From Rebecca billardiae RCC1528 (taxonomy: Eukaryota; Protista; Haptophyta): 64,000 nt of DNA. The notes under the pieces are model-generated. The model had not been told where the DNA came from. It ran no database searches and saw only the letters and a program-made list of their open reading frames with translations. Shown one piece after another: positions 46,259-57,258 of the stretch (position 1 is the stretch's first letter; the number at the start of each line of letters is the position of its first letter). The position numbers and the translations under genes are program-made. Where the stretch lies: assembly GCA_965240325.2 (NCBI GenBank), contig OZ251254.1, positions 744,001 to 808,000 of the forward strand, given 5' to 3'.

Positions 46259-48210
46259 TAGGTGGGTCCCTCCCAACTGGGGCGATATTCTGGCGCACTC
46301 AGAATGACGTCCTAGATTTTGTCTCTCACCCAGAATCGACGCCATAAATGCGTCCCATCGGGGCGGAGCAAAAGTTTCGACCTCAAAACCTACTCCGCGT
46401 GCCGTCGCGCGGCCGAGCGCGCGCGCGCCGCGCCAGTAGTGTCACATAGAGATTTTGCGAAGCGTCACTTCATGGTTATGGTGGCTAGATGGCGACATGC
46501 GATCGGAATTACTTATTGACAACCGTTGACACCCGACCGAACCATTTTATGAAGCAAAGAGTGGGGCTCTATGCTGTGCGCTGATACCTCCAACAAACTA
46601 CAGCAAGATCGAGCATAATACTCACTTCATATATAGCCACTTACCCGTATATAGTATGCGTGTTACCCACTTTATATTGACCGTGGATGCGGTTCACTAT
46701 ATATTCAAATTCGTTCCGATATGTGGGTACGTTTGTTGGGTCATCGAATAGGCGCCGCGCGACGCGGACACAGGCAACCCGGGCCGCAACCGGACTGCCT
46801 GCGAGTGGCAGTGTTTGTGGCGGGCTGCGTGCCGAGGCACACACCATCGCCCGCCACCGAGCATGCCACCGTCGTCACACGGGAGCCCTCCGCCGTCGAG
46901 GCTGGACTATCAGCCAACGCCACCGCCGGAGCTTGCCGCGTTCGGCGGCTTCCGTGCTCGTACTCCGCGTGTCACCGGTCGTCGTATGCCCACCCGCGTG
47001 AGGCCGCCACCAGTCCATGACTACCGCAGCTGCAGCCCATGCCGCCGACGATGCCTCCTACCATCTTCTCGCCAGGCAGCAATACGATAGGTTCACCGAC
47101 GCTGCTGCTAGGCTGAGAGCACTCAGCCAGTTGGCCGGCGAGACGTCAGATGGTTGAGCTGCTGGCCTAGCCATCACGTTGCGGCTTCCGCTCGCTCAAG
47201 TACACCCAACGTGACGACGAGAACGTGCCGGGCAATCATCAGACATGCGTCTGAGGGGTCTACTACGCCTAGCCGTAGAGTTGCTGAGTACGAGTCTTCG
47301 CAGACCACAAGCGGAACGAGTGGGACCACCCAGTGGCAGGAGCAACAGCGTGGGGTGGCACCCGCGCCTGTCAACGCGACCGCGTTCTGTCAAGAATGGA
47401 CCCATATCCTGCGACCACCCTCGAGCACCACAGGCTGTGCCCACACTCGGCATAGGGAAGGATCGCTGAGCGCCTGCTGCCGCTGTCAAAGGCCCTGCTG
47501 ACCTTCCTGGCGCTGGATCGTGCACACGGATGGCAAGTCGGCGTGCTCGCCGCACATCGCGGCGGCTTCTCAGCATCCCAAGTCCTCAGTGCACCCATCC
47601 TAGGCCTGCTGGTCGATGATTGGTACCAACCCCCACCAAACACGCCCTCTCGGAAGTCGCCAATCGCTTACATGGCTCCCCGAGAGCCCGGGGCTGGCTG
47701 TCGTGCGTTCTCACGAGCAGCTTGCGCACAGCCCAAATGTCACCTTCACGGTGCGTTGAGCTGCTCAAGATGGCGGGAGCGTCAAGAGCATGCCCGTGCA
47801 CGACACTGACCCATGCCTCCCGTCGCCTGACCCGCATGTGGCAAAAACTGACCCTGCTCGAAGGCACGGGTCGAACACCCGCCGATCGATTCAAGTTGTC
47901 TGTACGCGTCTAGCCGGGCGAGAGTCAAACATGCGGGCACGTGCCAGGCGGGGGATGTGTGACCACGGATCCCATCCGTGAGCACGCGCAAAGCGCTGGA
48001 GCGCGCGATAGGTGTTGGCTGTGGTCTACCCGACACACGGCGGCTCGGTCGCGCTGGAGAGGCGCTCCGACATCGTCGGGAGCGTTCAGATCGGACCTCG
48101 GCCGGCGGCCCGGCGATTTTCCCGAGCCGCGCCCCGCGCGAAAAGAAATCCGGCGAGAAAACCCGGTAAATGTTTAAAAGACCGCTGGAAAATCGCCAGG
48201 GACCCACCTA
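46259..48210. mobile_element. Element III: second copy of the element I family, inserted in element II
   Basis: TIR TAGGTGGGTCCCT at both ends; perfect 7-bp TSD AATTAAG (46252-46258 / 48211-48217). Confidence 0.92.
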
Positions 48211-50376
48211 AATTAAGGCACAACCGCACAAGAGTTGAGAGTGTGTGACTTGTACGCTGCGAGTCTGCGACCGTGCGACACAGTTACGGCATTACGCGCA
48301 ACCCGTTGGCCGTTACGCCCGTTAGGCCGTTACGCTGGCAGGTCCCCTGAGGCTGAGCGCCCACAGTGTACGCAGGTCCCTCAGCAGATTCCAAGAGCCG
48401 GCTGGCAACTGGGGCGATATTCTGGCGCACTCAGAATGACGTCCTAGATTTTGTCTCTCACCCAGAATCGACGCTATAAATGCGTCCCATCGGGGCGGAG
48501 CAAACGTTTCGGACCTCAAAACCTACTACTCCGCGTGCCGGCGTCGCGCGGCCGAGCCGGAAGGGCGCGCGCGCCGCGCCAGTAGTGTCACATAGAGATT
48601 TTGCGAAGCGTTACTTCATGGTTATGGTGGCTAGATGGCGACATGCGATCGGAATTACTTATTGACAACCGTTGACACCCGACCGAACCATTTTATGAAG
48701 CAAAGAGTGGGGCTCTATGCTGTGCGCTGAAGTACCTCCAACAAACTACAGCAAGATCAGAGCACATTACCCACTTCATATATAACCACTTACCCGTATA
48801 TAGTATGAGTGTTACCCACTTTATATTGACCGTGGATGCGGTTCACTATATATATTCAAATTCGTTCCGATATATGTGGGTACGTTTGTTGGGTCATCGA
48901 ATAGGCGCCGAGCGACGCGGACACAGGCCGAACCGCCGGGCCGCAACCGGACTGCCTGCGAGTGGCAGTGTTTGTGGCGGGCTGCGTGCCGAGGCACACA
49001 CCATCGCCCGCCACCGAGCATGCCACCGTCGTCACACGGGAGCCCTCCGCCGTCGAGGCTGGACTATCAGCCAACGCCACCGCCGGAGCTTGCCGCGTTC
49101 GGCGGCTTCCGTGCTCGTACTCCGCGCGTGTCACCGGTCGTCGTATGCCCACCCGCGTGAGGCCGCCACCAGTCCATGACTACCGCAGCTGCAGCCCATG
49201 CCGCCGACGATGCCTCCTACCATCTTCTCGCCAGGCAGCAATACGATAGGTTCACCGACGCTGCTGCTAGGCTGAGAGCACTCAGCCAGTTGGCCGGCGA
49301 GACGTCAGATGGTTGAGCTGCTGGCCTAGCCATCACGTTGCGGCTTCCGCTCGCTCAAGTACACCCAACGTGACGACGAGAACGTGCCGGGCAATCATCA
49401 GACATGCGTCTGAGGGGTCTACTACGCCTAGCCGTAGAGTTGCTGAGTACGAGTCTTCGCAGACCACAAGCGGAACGAGTGGGACCACCCGATGGCAGGA
49501 GCAACAGCGTGGGGTGGCACCCGCGCCTGTCAACGCGACCGCGTTCGTGTAGAATGGACCCATATCCTGCGATCACCCTCGAGCACCGCATACTATGCCC
49601 ACACTCGGCATAGGGAAGGATCGCTGAGCGCCTGCTGCCGCTGTCAAAGGCCCTGCTTATCTTCCTGGCGCTGGATCGTGCACACGGATGGCAAGTCGGC
49701 GTGCTCGCCGCACATCGCGGCGGCTTCTCAGCATCCCAAGTCCTCAGTGCACCCATCCTAGGCCTGCTGGTCGATGATTGGTACCAACCCCCACCAAACA
49801 CGCCCTCTCGGAAGTCGCCAATCGCTTACATGGCTCCCCGAGAGCCCGGGGCTGGCTGTCGTGCGTTCTCACGAACAGCTTGCGCACAGCCCAAATGTCA
49901 CCTTCACGGTGCGTTGAGCTGCTCAAGATGGCGGGAGCGTCAAGAGCATGCCCGTGCACGACACTGACCCATGCCTCCCGTCGCCTGACCCGCATGTGGC
50001 AAAAACTGACCCTGCTCGAAGGCACCGGTCGAACACCCGCCGATCGTTTCAAGTTGTCTGTACGCGTCTAGCCGGGCGAGAGTCAAACATGCGGGCACGT
50101 GCCAGGCGGGGGATGTGTGACCACGGATCCCATCCGTGAGCACGCGCAAAGCGCTGGAGCGCGCGATAGGTGTTGGCTGTGGTCTACCCGACACACGGCG
50201 GCTCGGTCGCGCTGGAGAGGCGCTCCGACATCGTCGGGAGCGTTCAGATCGGACCTCGGCCGGCGGCCCGGCGATTTTCCCGAGCCGCGCCCCGCGCGAA
50301 AAGAAATCAGGCCAGAAAACCCGGTAAATGTTTAAAAGACCGCTGGAAAATCGCCAGGGACCCACCTACTTAAAAA

Positions 50377-52145
50377 CTCAGCCCTGGCGGGCGGGGGGGT
50401 CGGCGGGCCGTGCCAGTGCTGTCGCAAATATTTCCCCAGCGGGTTCGCGCCTTTATTTATAGCGGTTTGACGGGCAGGATGACTACGAATAATAACAATG
50501 CGACATCATACCGAGATATGATTGTGAGCTACCCGACTCACTGACGAATAATAACGCGACAGATGACTCTGGTGCGAGCTCAGCGACAGTGTGATTGCGC
50601 GTGTATTCCTGCACCCACTGTGATGCTACTCGTCATCGTGCCGAGCCGCAAAGATGTCGGCCACCTTCTCCCACGCGTACACGCCCGCGCCCATGAGCAA
50701 GGTCCACACCCACGAGGGAACGTGCAGCACGCGGGGCGGGGCGAACAGCCCGTTGCTCCGCGCGAGTTCGCGTACGCGCTGCATGTGCCGCATCTCGACG
50801 GCGATGACGTAGTCGAGCGCCTCGCCGCCGACGAATCCGCCAGAGGAGATCGTGAGCATGTCCTCCTGCCGCCAGCTGAGATCGTGTGTTGCGAGAATGC
50901 CAATGTCCGCTCCGGGCACGATGGGCTCGGCGAAGGTCGCGTCGGCGTCGTGCACGGCCGCCACGCTGCGCAACAGCGCGTCCAGGTCCACGCGCTCGTC
51001 GGCGCTCGCCGTTCCGCGCGACAGGTCCGGCACTCGCACGTTCGGCGGTATTCAGGAGCTGTTGGCGGTGTACGCGCGCGCAGTGCGAGAGCGTGTGCCA
51101 CTCGCGATCAACGGTGGGCACGCGCTGCTCGAGCAGGCACACGAAGCGCAGCGCATGCGTCACCGGCTTCACGACGTTGGCCTCCTCCCGCAGCGCCCGT
51201 GCCATGGTGGAGGATGGCGCGGCGATCTTGCACGCTCGGCGACTCATTTCTCTGCGAACGAGCGCTTTGGCTCGGTCATAGCGCGCTGTCGCCTGCGTCG
51301 CCGACTCGCGAAGACGCGGTTCTTTCCACTTCTGCAACCCCGGGAGGTGCGTGCGGTGCGCGTCGTACGCCGCTTTGCGCTGCGCCTCCGTCGCATTGGC
51401 CACCGTCGACGCCATGCAGGCCGGGCGTGGGTCCTCGAGCGCCGAGCGATCTTTGGCCGCGAGCTCGCGAGCGCGAAAGATGATCGCTGGTCAGGAGTCC
51501 TGTGCGGTAGCAAACGGATTTGCATGCGCCCGACCTTGCCAACCGGGGCACGCGACAGTCCGGTGTGTGGATTCCGGTTATGGTGTTCAGAAGGCCGCGC
51601 CAAATCTTGCGTCGCGTGCGATGGCGCTTCCCGCCCGCGAGACGCCTCGTGATGAGGGCCGTTCCGCACCGAGCCCGACGCGCGACGGTGAATCGAGCGA
51701 GGCGGCCATCGTGCGCAGCGCTTGATGCTATGGCCGGTGCGAGCTTTCGACGTGCACGTCAGGCGAGGATCGCCCCAGGTCGCACGATCGTGTCGACGCG
51801 CCGAGCGTACCGCTCCAAACGCGTCGATTTAGCCCCCGTTCGACCTGCACGCGAGACGACGAGGGCAGCAATCGCGAATCGGGCGAAAACACCCCTCGGG
51901 AGTCTTCTCACGATGTCCGCTCCGGCGTTGGATTCGGCGCGCGCGGCCCACGCGCTCCGCGCCATCCAGGACTCTCTTTCGGCCGAGCGTCCCCAGTGGG
52001 AGCTGCGAGGGCGCCCGGTAGTGAGCGAAGCAACCCGGCAGTGAGCGAGGCGATTTTCTTTTCTTTGCGAGGCGATTTTCTTTTTTCCTTTTCTTTTTCT
52101 TATCCTTTTCCCGGGCACTACAAGGGGCGGACCTACGGCCCGCCA
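50377..52145 (-). mobile_element. Helitron2/Helentron-like copy A (deleted; partial Ulp1-like ORF)
   Basis: 5' TGGCGGGCCGTAGGTCCGCC hairpin; 3' ACGGCCCGCC, GCCC-GCCA-GGGC hairpin, then TGAG|TTT; homologous to 59468-63098. Confidence 0.8.
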
Positions 52146-53858
52146 TAACCTGTAGCGACAGCAGTCTGTACGTAAGGTCCAGGGAACAGGCTAAGCAGTA
52201 GCTCGATAGAGACCCTAGGTACCCCCCAACACGCGACTGGGGCGTAGTTGGCGCCCGAGCCCACCGGCGTCACCGCTGCTCCAGCGGCCGCCGATCGTCG
52301 CGACGCGCGCGCCGGTACGGCACGTCGTCACTCGCGCGTCGTGACCCGGTCGCGCGGACGAATAAAGGACCCCCATCATTGCTGCTGAAAATCGCAGTGA
52401 TCAGGCTCAGGAGGGCGGCCACGGCTTCCCTTTCGCCATCGAAGCCATCCGTGGCGTGCCTTAGGTATATACCAATGTACTCGCACAGCTCCGGCGCGGA
52501 GTTGATGCCATAAGCTGCTTGTCATGCCTGACGGTTGCGACACGCGTGTAGCTTGCGCCACTACTCACTCAGTGGCGCGGTGACTAAGAGCCTCTGATCT
52601 CTTGACCCAGGCGGCTCAGACCCGTGTCACCGACTGAGTCCCGCGACCGGGCCCGGCCGTGGAGTTTATACACGCAACAAGGGCTCTAGGAGTGAGTGGC
52701 TACTAGGCGGACTAGACACTAGTCACACTAGTGACTAGTGGCGCGGGACAGAGGCCTGAGAGCCTGTCTCGGATTGAATGAGTTAGTCGCGGCCTGCGCG
52801 GCGAGGCCGCCGGCGGGCGGGCGGAGCCGGATGTCAGAGTGACCGACGGCGACGGGAGCTTATTGATGACTCACACTGTCCCGCGTCCGCGGGCGGTTGG
52901 CCAGACCAGGCGGGCCGGACGTCGCCGCACGCTGGCATCGCCGGCACTAGCAACGGGCTTTCCGCTTTGTCGGAGCGGCCGGCGCGCGCAGGCGCTGCTG
53001 GCTGATGCTGGCTGGTGCGCGCGGTAATTAGTGACTGCGACGCGGTGCCAACTCCGCCCGAGAGCGATCCATCCGCCGTCAGCGGCACGCAGATGAAGTT
53101 GGTATGGCGGTGGTTGGTCTGACAAGCTTGGTGGCCGCGCGCATCACTGTTCCTCGGACTGCTCGGACAGGCGCGCTGCCTCAGAGTTCTGCGCTCGGGC
53201 GCGACGACGGCTCTGCCGGGCTGGCAGTGAGTCTGTCCGTGCAGTCTGGCTGTAGTCACTTACGACCGACCGCCGTCTCTGAGCTGGCTGGCGGCAGCAC
53301 TTGCGAGCGCCGCAGCACGCCGCGGCTGACCACGATCTTGTTCACCGCTCGACCGCCCATCTCGTCGCCAAAACCGTGCACTCATCCCTGCGGCGGTATC
53401 GAAATTCGTCGCCGGTTTAATTAAAGATCGTACCTGTACGACGCTGTCGTAATAGTGAACGTGACGACTGTGGATCCGACGGACGTCGGATGGCTGAGAT
53501 TAATAGCGAGTCGCGCAAGCTCTCTACTTCGTCGAACTGCGTCATCCTTGAAAACGTACAACGTTCGCATATGCGATGTGAATGATTGATGATGGGGTGA
53601 GAATTCGCGATCGGGGGCCCCAAGCGGAATCAACTAGGTGGGAAGATTCAATAGTTGGTACTGACGCGACGCAAACAGAGTTGGCCAATTCTCGAAACAA
53701 CAAACGTGCAAGTTTTCCCCGTGACCTACCCATGCGGGGAAGCGGGTGGCGATACGGCGGACGCTGATTGGCGGAGGTGGATGCGGAGGGAATTTTGCGA
53801 TTGCCCAATTATTGGGTTCTTGGGGTGCCAACGTCCAAGTCGGCCCTCCCCCACAACG

Positions 53859-55622
53859 ATGCCGCTTCGGCGCGCGTACCCGTTTTTCGCGGGAGAGCGA
53901 CAGACGCCTCCCCCGCCAAAGCTCTCGAGCGAACCGCGAGGTCGCCAGCTCCACGCCATGTCGCCACGGGTCGCCCGCCGGGTGAGCTCGGACGGGGGCG
54001 CGAGCACCGAGGTCGAGGCGGACCCGAGCCACCAGCCGAACCACGTCGCCGCCGCGCCGTCGGCGGAGGACGAGCGCATGCTGCGCAACGAGAAGAAGCG
54101 CGTCGGCGCGCTGCCGGCGCACAAGTCCAAGCGCCAGTGCGCGCGGCCAACCTCGGAGGTGGAGGCACTGCGTGCCGAGCTCGAGCTCTCGCGAGAGGAG
54201 CTGCGACGCGAGCGCCTCAACGCGACCCAGACCCGCTGCGAGCTCGCTGCCGCGCGCCGTGCCGAGACGCGCGCGAGCCCAGCAGTCGCCGGAGCGCACA
54301 AGCCCGACCCGTGCCGCGCGCAGGCACCCACGGCCACGACGGCGGTGGCGTCCGGCCACGCCGCGACGCAGGGCGCGGCCCTCCTCGCCGCACGCCTGGC
54401 GGCGCTCTCGCACTTCGTGTGCTGCTTCGAGTACGACGACAGCTCGCACGACGCGGACGGCGAGTTGTACGCCGAGCCTGACGCGCAGCAGCGCCGCGCG
54501 CTCGCAGCCGGGGTGCCAGCACCCGCCGGCGCCGCGGCAGGCGGCGGTGGCGGCGGCGGCGGCGGCGGCGTTGGCGGAGGCGCGGTGGGCGTCGCGGGCC
54601 CCGCCGCGCGTGCGCCTGACTGGGCGCCGGTCACGGACCCGGACGCGCTCGCGGCGCTGACCGCGCTTGTGATTGGCGCGCAGAGCGCCGTGTACTACAC
54701 GCTCGGCGCGCACGCGTACGAGGCGCGCGCCGACGAGCGCGCCGCCGGCGCGGGTGTGCTCTGGCCACCGCCGCTGCGGCAGACCAACCTGACGTTCGGC
54801 ACGACGCGCGCGCTGCGCGTGCGGCTGGCGCCCAACCCGGCGCGCACCGGCTCGCTCGTGCCGCTGGCGGCGCCCAGCGCGCACAGCGACGCCGTCGCGC
54901 CGCCGCTGCCGCCATCGCCGCCGCCCGTCGCGCCGCCGCTGCCACCGCACGCGCCCGGCGCCGCGTACGAGCGGCTGATCCGCGCGGTGTGCGACGCGCC
55001 CCGCGCGGCGGAGCACCCGGGCGCCGGCCTGCCCGCGGACGCGCAGCTGCCGTGCGTCGAGCTGCCGCTCTCGCTGCTCGAGGAGCTCGTGCGCGCTGCG
55101 CCGCTCGAGCAGGCCGTGCTGCCGTGCGCGGCGCTCGCTGCGCTCGGCAACGCGTTCCGGCCTGGGCTCGCGGCGCGCGGGTACAGCGCGCGCGGCTGCC
55201 GGCTGTGGCTCAAGCCCGGGCTCTTCCGGCAGTGGCTCGCGCTGCTCGAGAAGCTGCGCGCGCGCGGGCACGAGCGCGCGCGGCTGTACGTGTGCTTCCA
55301 CGGCTCGAGCGCGGCCGCGTACGACGCGATCGAGGCGGACCCGATGGGCTTCGACTGCTCGCGCCAGACGCACGGCGCGCAGTGGGGCCACGGCGTCTAC
55401 TTTGGCGACGCGGTGCTCACGGAGCGCTTCAACGCCGAGCGGCGCGGCACGTGCGCCGCCGCGCTCGTGCTCGCGGACGAGGTCGACCAGAACAGCGGCC
55501 GCTGGGCGGCGAGCGCGTACGCGCGCACCGGGCCGAGCGCGGCGCTCAGCACCTTCCAGGGCGGGCTGGTCGCGCACGACCACCGGCACATCCTGCCGCT
55601 CGGCAAGCTCGTGCCCCTCTAA
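53859..55622 (+). CDS. Coiled-coil protein with a C-terminal PARP-like ADP-ribosyltransferase domain (start 53859 or 53958)
   Basis: YVCFHGS...AI...GFD...GAQWGHGVYFG and terminal LVAHD..HILP follow the PARP/ARTD catalytic pattern; EVEALRAELELSREELRRERL coiled coil. Confidence 0.72.
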   Translation: MPLRRAYPFFAGERQTPPPPKLSSEPRGRQLHAMSPRVARRVSSDGGASTEVEADPSHQPNHVAAAPSAEDERMLRNEKKRVGALPAHKSKRQCARPTSEVEALRAELELSREELRRERLNATQTRCELAAARRAETRASPAVAGAHKPDPCRAQAPTATTAVASGHAATQGAALLAARLAALSHFVCCFEYDDSSHDADGELYAEPDAQQRRALAAGVPAPAGAAAGGGGGGGGGGVGGGAVGVAGPAARAPDWAPVTDPDALAALTALVIGAQSAVYYTLGAHAYEARADERAAGAGVLWPPPLRQTNLTFGTTRALRVRLAPNPARTGSLVPLAAPSAHSDAVAPPLPPSPPPVAPPLPPHAPGAAYERLIRAVCDAPRAAEHPGAGLPADAQLPCVELPLSLLEELVRAAPLEQAVLPCAALAALGNAFRPGLAARGYSARGCRLWLKPGLFRQWLALLEKLRARGHERARLYVCFHGSSAAAYDAIEADPMGFDCSRQTHGAQWGHGVYFGDAVLTERFNAERRGTCAAALVLADEVDQNSGRWAASAYARTGPSAALSTFQGGLVAHDHRHILPLGKLVPL

Positions 55623-55724
55623 CCGGCCGGTGCCGCCACCGCAGGCGAGCCGGTGGGCCGGGCGCCCGTACAGTCGGCTTCCGAGCACCGAGCGCGTGGC
55701 AGTGGCGCCGGGGGATATACCATA

Positions 55725-57239
55725 TGGCGGGCCGTAGGTCCGCCCCTTGTAGTGCCCGGGAAAAAGATAAGAAAAAGAAAATAAAGAAAAAAGAAATTCG
55801 CCTCGCCAAGAAAAGAAAATCGCTTCGCTCACTACCGGGCGCCCTCGCAGCTCCCACTGGGGACGCTCGGCCGAAAACATCTTCCGCATGGCGCGGAGCG
55901 CATGGGCCGCGCGCGCCAAATCCAACGCCGGCGCGGACATCGTGAGAGGATTCCCTAAGGGGGTTTTCGCCCGATTCGCGATTGCTGCCCTCGTCGTCTC
56001 GCGTGCAGGTCGAACGGGGCCCAAATCGACCCGTTTGATGCGGTACGCTCGGCGCGTCGACACGATCGTGCGACTTGGGGCGATCCTCGCCCGACGTGCA
56101 CGTCGAACGCTCGCACCGGCCATAGCATCAGACGCTGCGCACGATGGCCGCCTCGCGCGATCCACCGCCGCGCGTCGAGCTCGGTGCAGAAAGGCCCTCA
56201 TCACGAGGTGTCTCGCGGGCGGGAAGCGCCATCGCACGCACGGGACGCAAGATTTGGCGCGGCCTTCTGAACTCGATCGCCGGAATCCGCGCACCGGACT
56301 CAGTCCTCGCTCGCGGTCCGGTCCCTCAGCCGAAGCCCACGTCCGGCCTGCATGGCGTCGACGGTGACCGATGCGACGGAAGCGCAGCGCCACGGCGTAC
56401 GACGCGCAGCGGACGCACCTCCCGGGTCTGTCGCCGTGGTAGCAACCGCGTCATCGCGAGTTGGCGACCCTCGCCGCAGCGCGACACAGACAAGCCCGTG
56501 ATGCCATCCGCAGAGAGATGAATCGTCGAGCATGCAACATCGCCGCGCCATCCTCGTCCATGGCGCAGGCGCTGCGGGACGAGGCGGAAGTCGTCACGCC
56601 GGTGACGGATGCGCTGCGATTCGTGTGCCCGCGTGAGCAGCGCTTGCCCACTCTCGATCGCGAGTGGCACACGCTGTCGCTGTGCGCACAGCTCCTCGTG
56701 CCGCCGAGCACACGAGCGCCAGACCTGTCGAAGATGCGAAGAGCGACGACCGCGTGAACGTCAACGCGCTCGTGCTCAGCGTGGCGGCCGTGTACGACGT
56801 CAACGCGACCTGCGCCGAGCCCATCATGCCTGGAGCGGACATCGGCAAGCATCCTCGCGACGACCGCTCTCGGCTGGCAGGAGGACATGCACATGATCTA
56901 CTCTGGCGGCTTCGTCGGCGGCGAGGCGCTCGATTACGCCATCGCGGTCGACATGCGGCACATACAGCGCGTACCCGCGCTCGCGCGGAGCAACGGGCTA
57001 CCCGCCCCGCCCCGCGTGCTGCACATTCCCTCGTGGGTGTGGGGCCTCGCTGATGCGCATAAGAGTACAGACTGAGACGTGTGACACGTCGGGGAGCCAA
57101 CTTCACGTGTCACTGGTCCTTGCACTCGACTGTCCGTCACCCACGGCCACGAGCGAATGTGGAAGGACGCGAACCCGCAGAGGATACATTGCGACAGCAC
57201 TGGCACGGCCCGCCGACCCCCCCGCCCGCCAGGGCACAG
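55725..57239 (+). mobile_element. Helitron2/Helentron-like copy B (more diverged, deleted)
   Basis: Same 5' and 3' terminal structures; ends GGGCACAG|TTT; Ulp1 N-terminal part broken by stops and frameshifts. Confidence 0.8.
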
Positions 57240-57258
57240 TTTATATAGTATCATTCAA

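Larger units (their letters stand above)
43971..48401 (-). mobile_element. Element II: hAT-type transposon, internally deleted
   Basis: 13-bp TIR CCGGCTCTTGGAA (43971-43983 / 48389-48401); 8-bp TSD CTGGCAAC (43963-43970 / 48402-48409); subterminal CAGG(T/C)CCC repeats at both ends. Confidence 0.88.
43949..50368. mobile_element. Element I: about 2-kb TIR element (43949-43970 plus 48410-50368), split by nested insertions
   Basis: TIR TAGGTGGGTCCCT / AGGGACCCACCTA; flanks CTTAAAT (43942-43948) and CTTAAA(A) (50369 onward); body near-identical to 46276-48210. Confidence 0.85.

Noticed and set aside
46259-50368. Simple tandem duplication or LTR pair of 2-kb repeats
   Set aside because: TIRs and TSDs show two independent insertions of one family in a nested arrangement.
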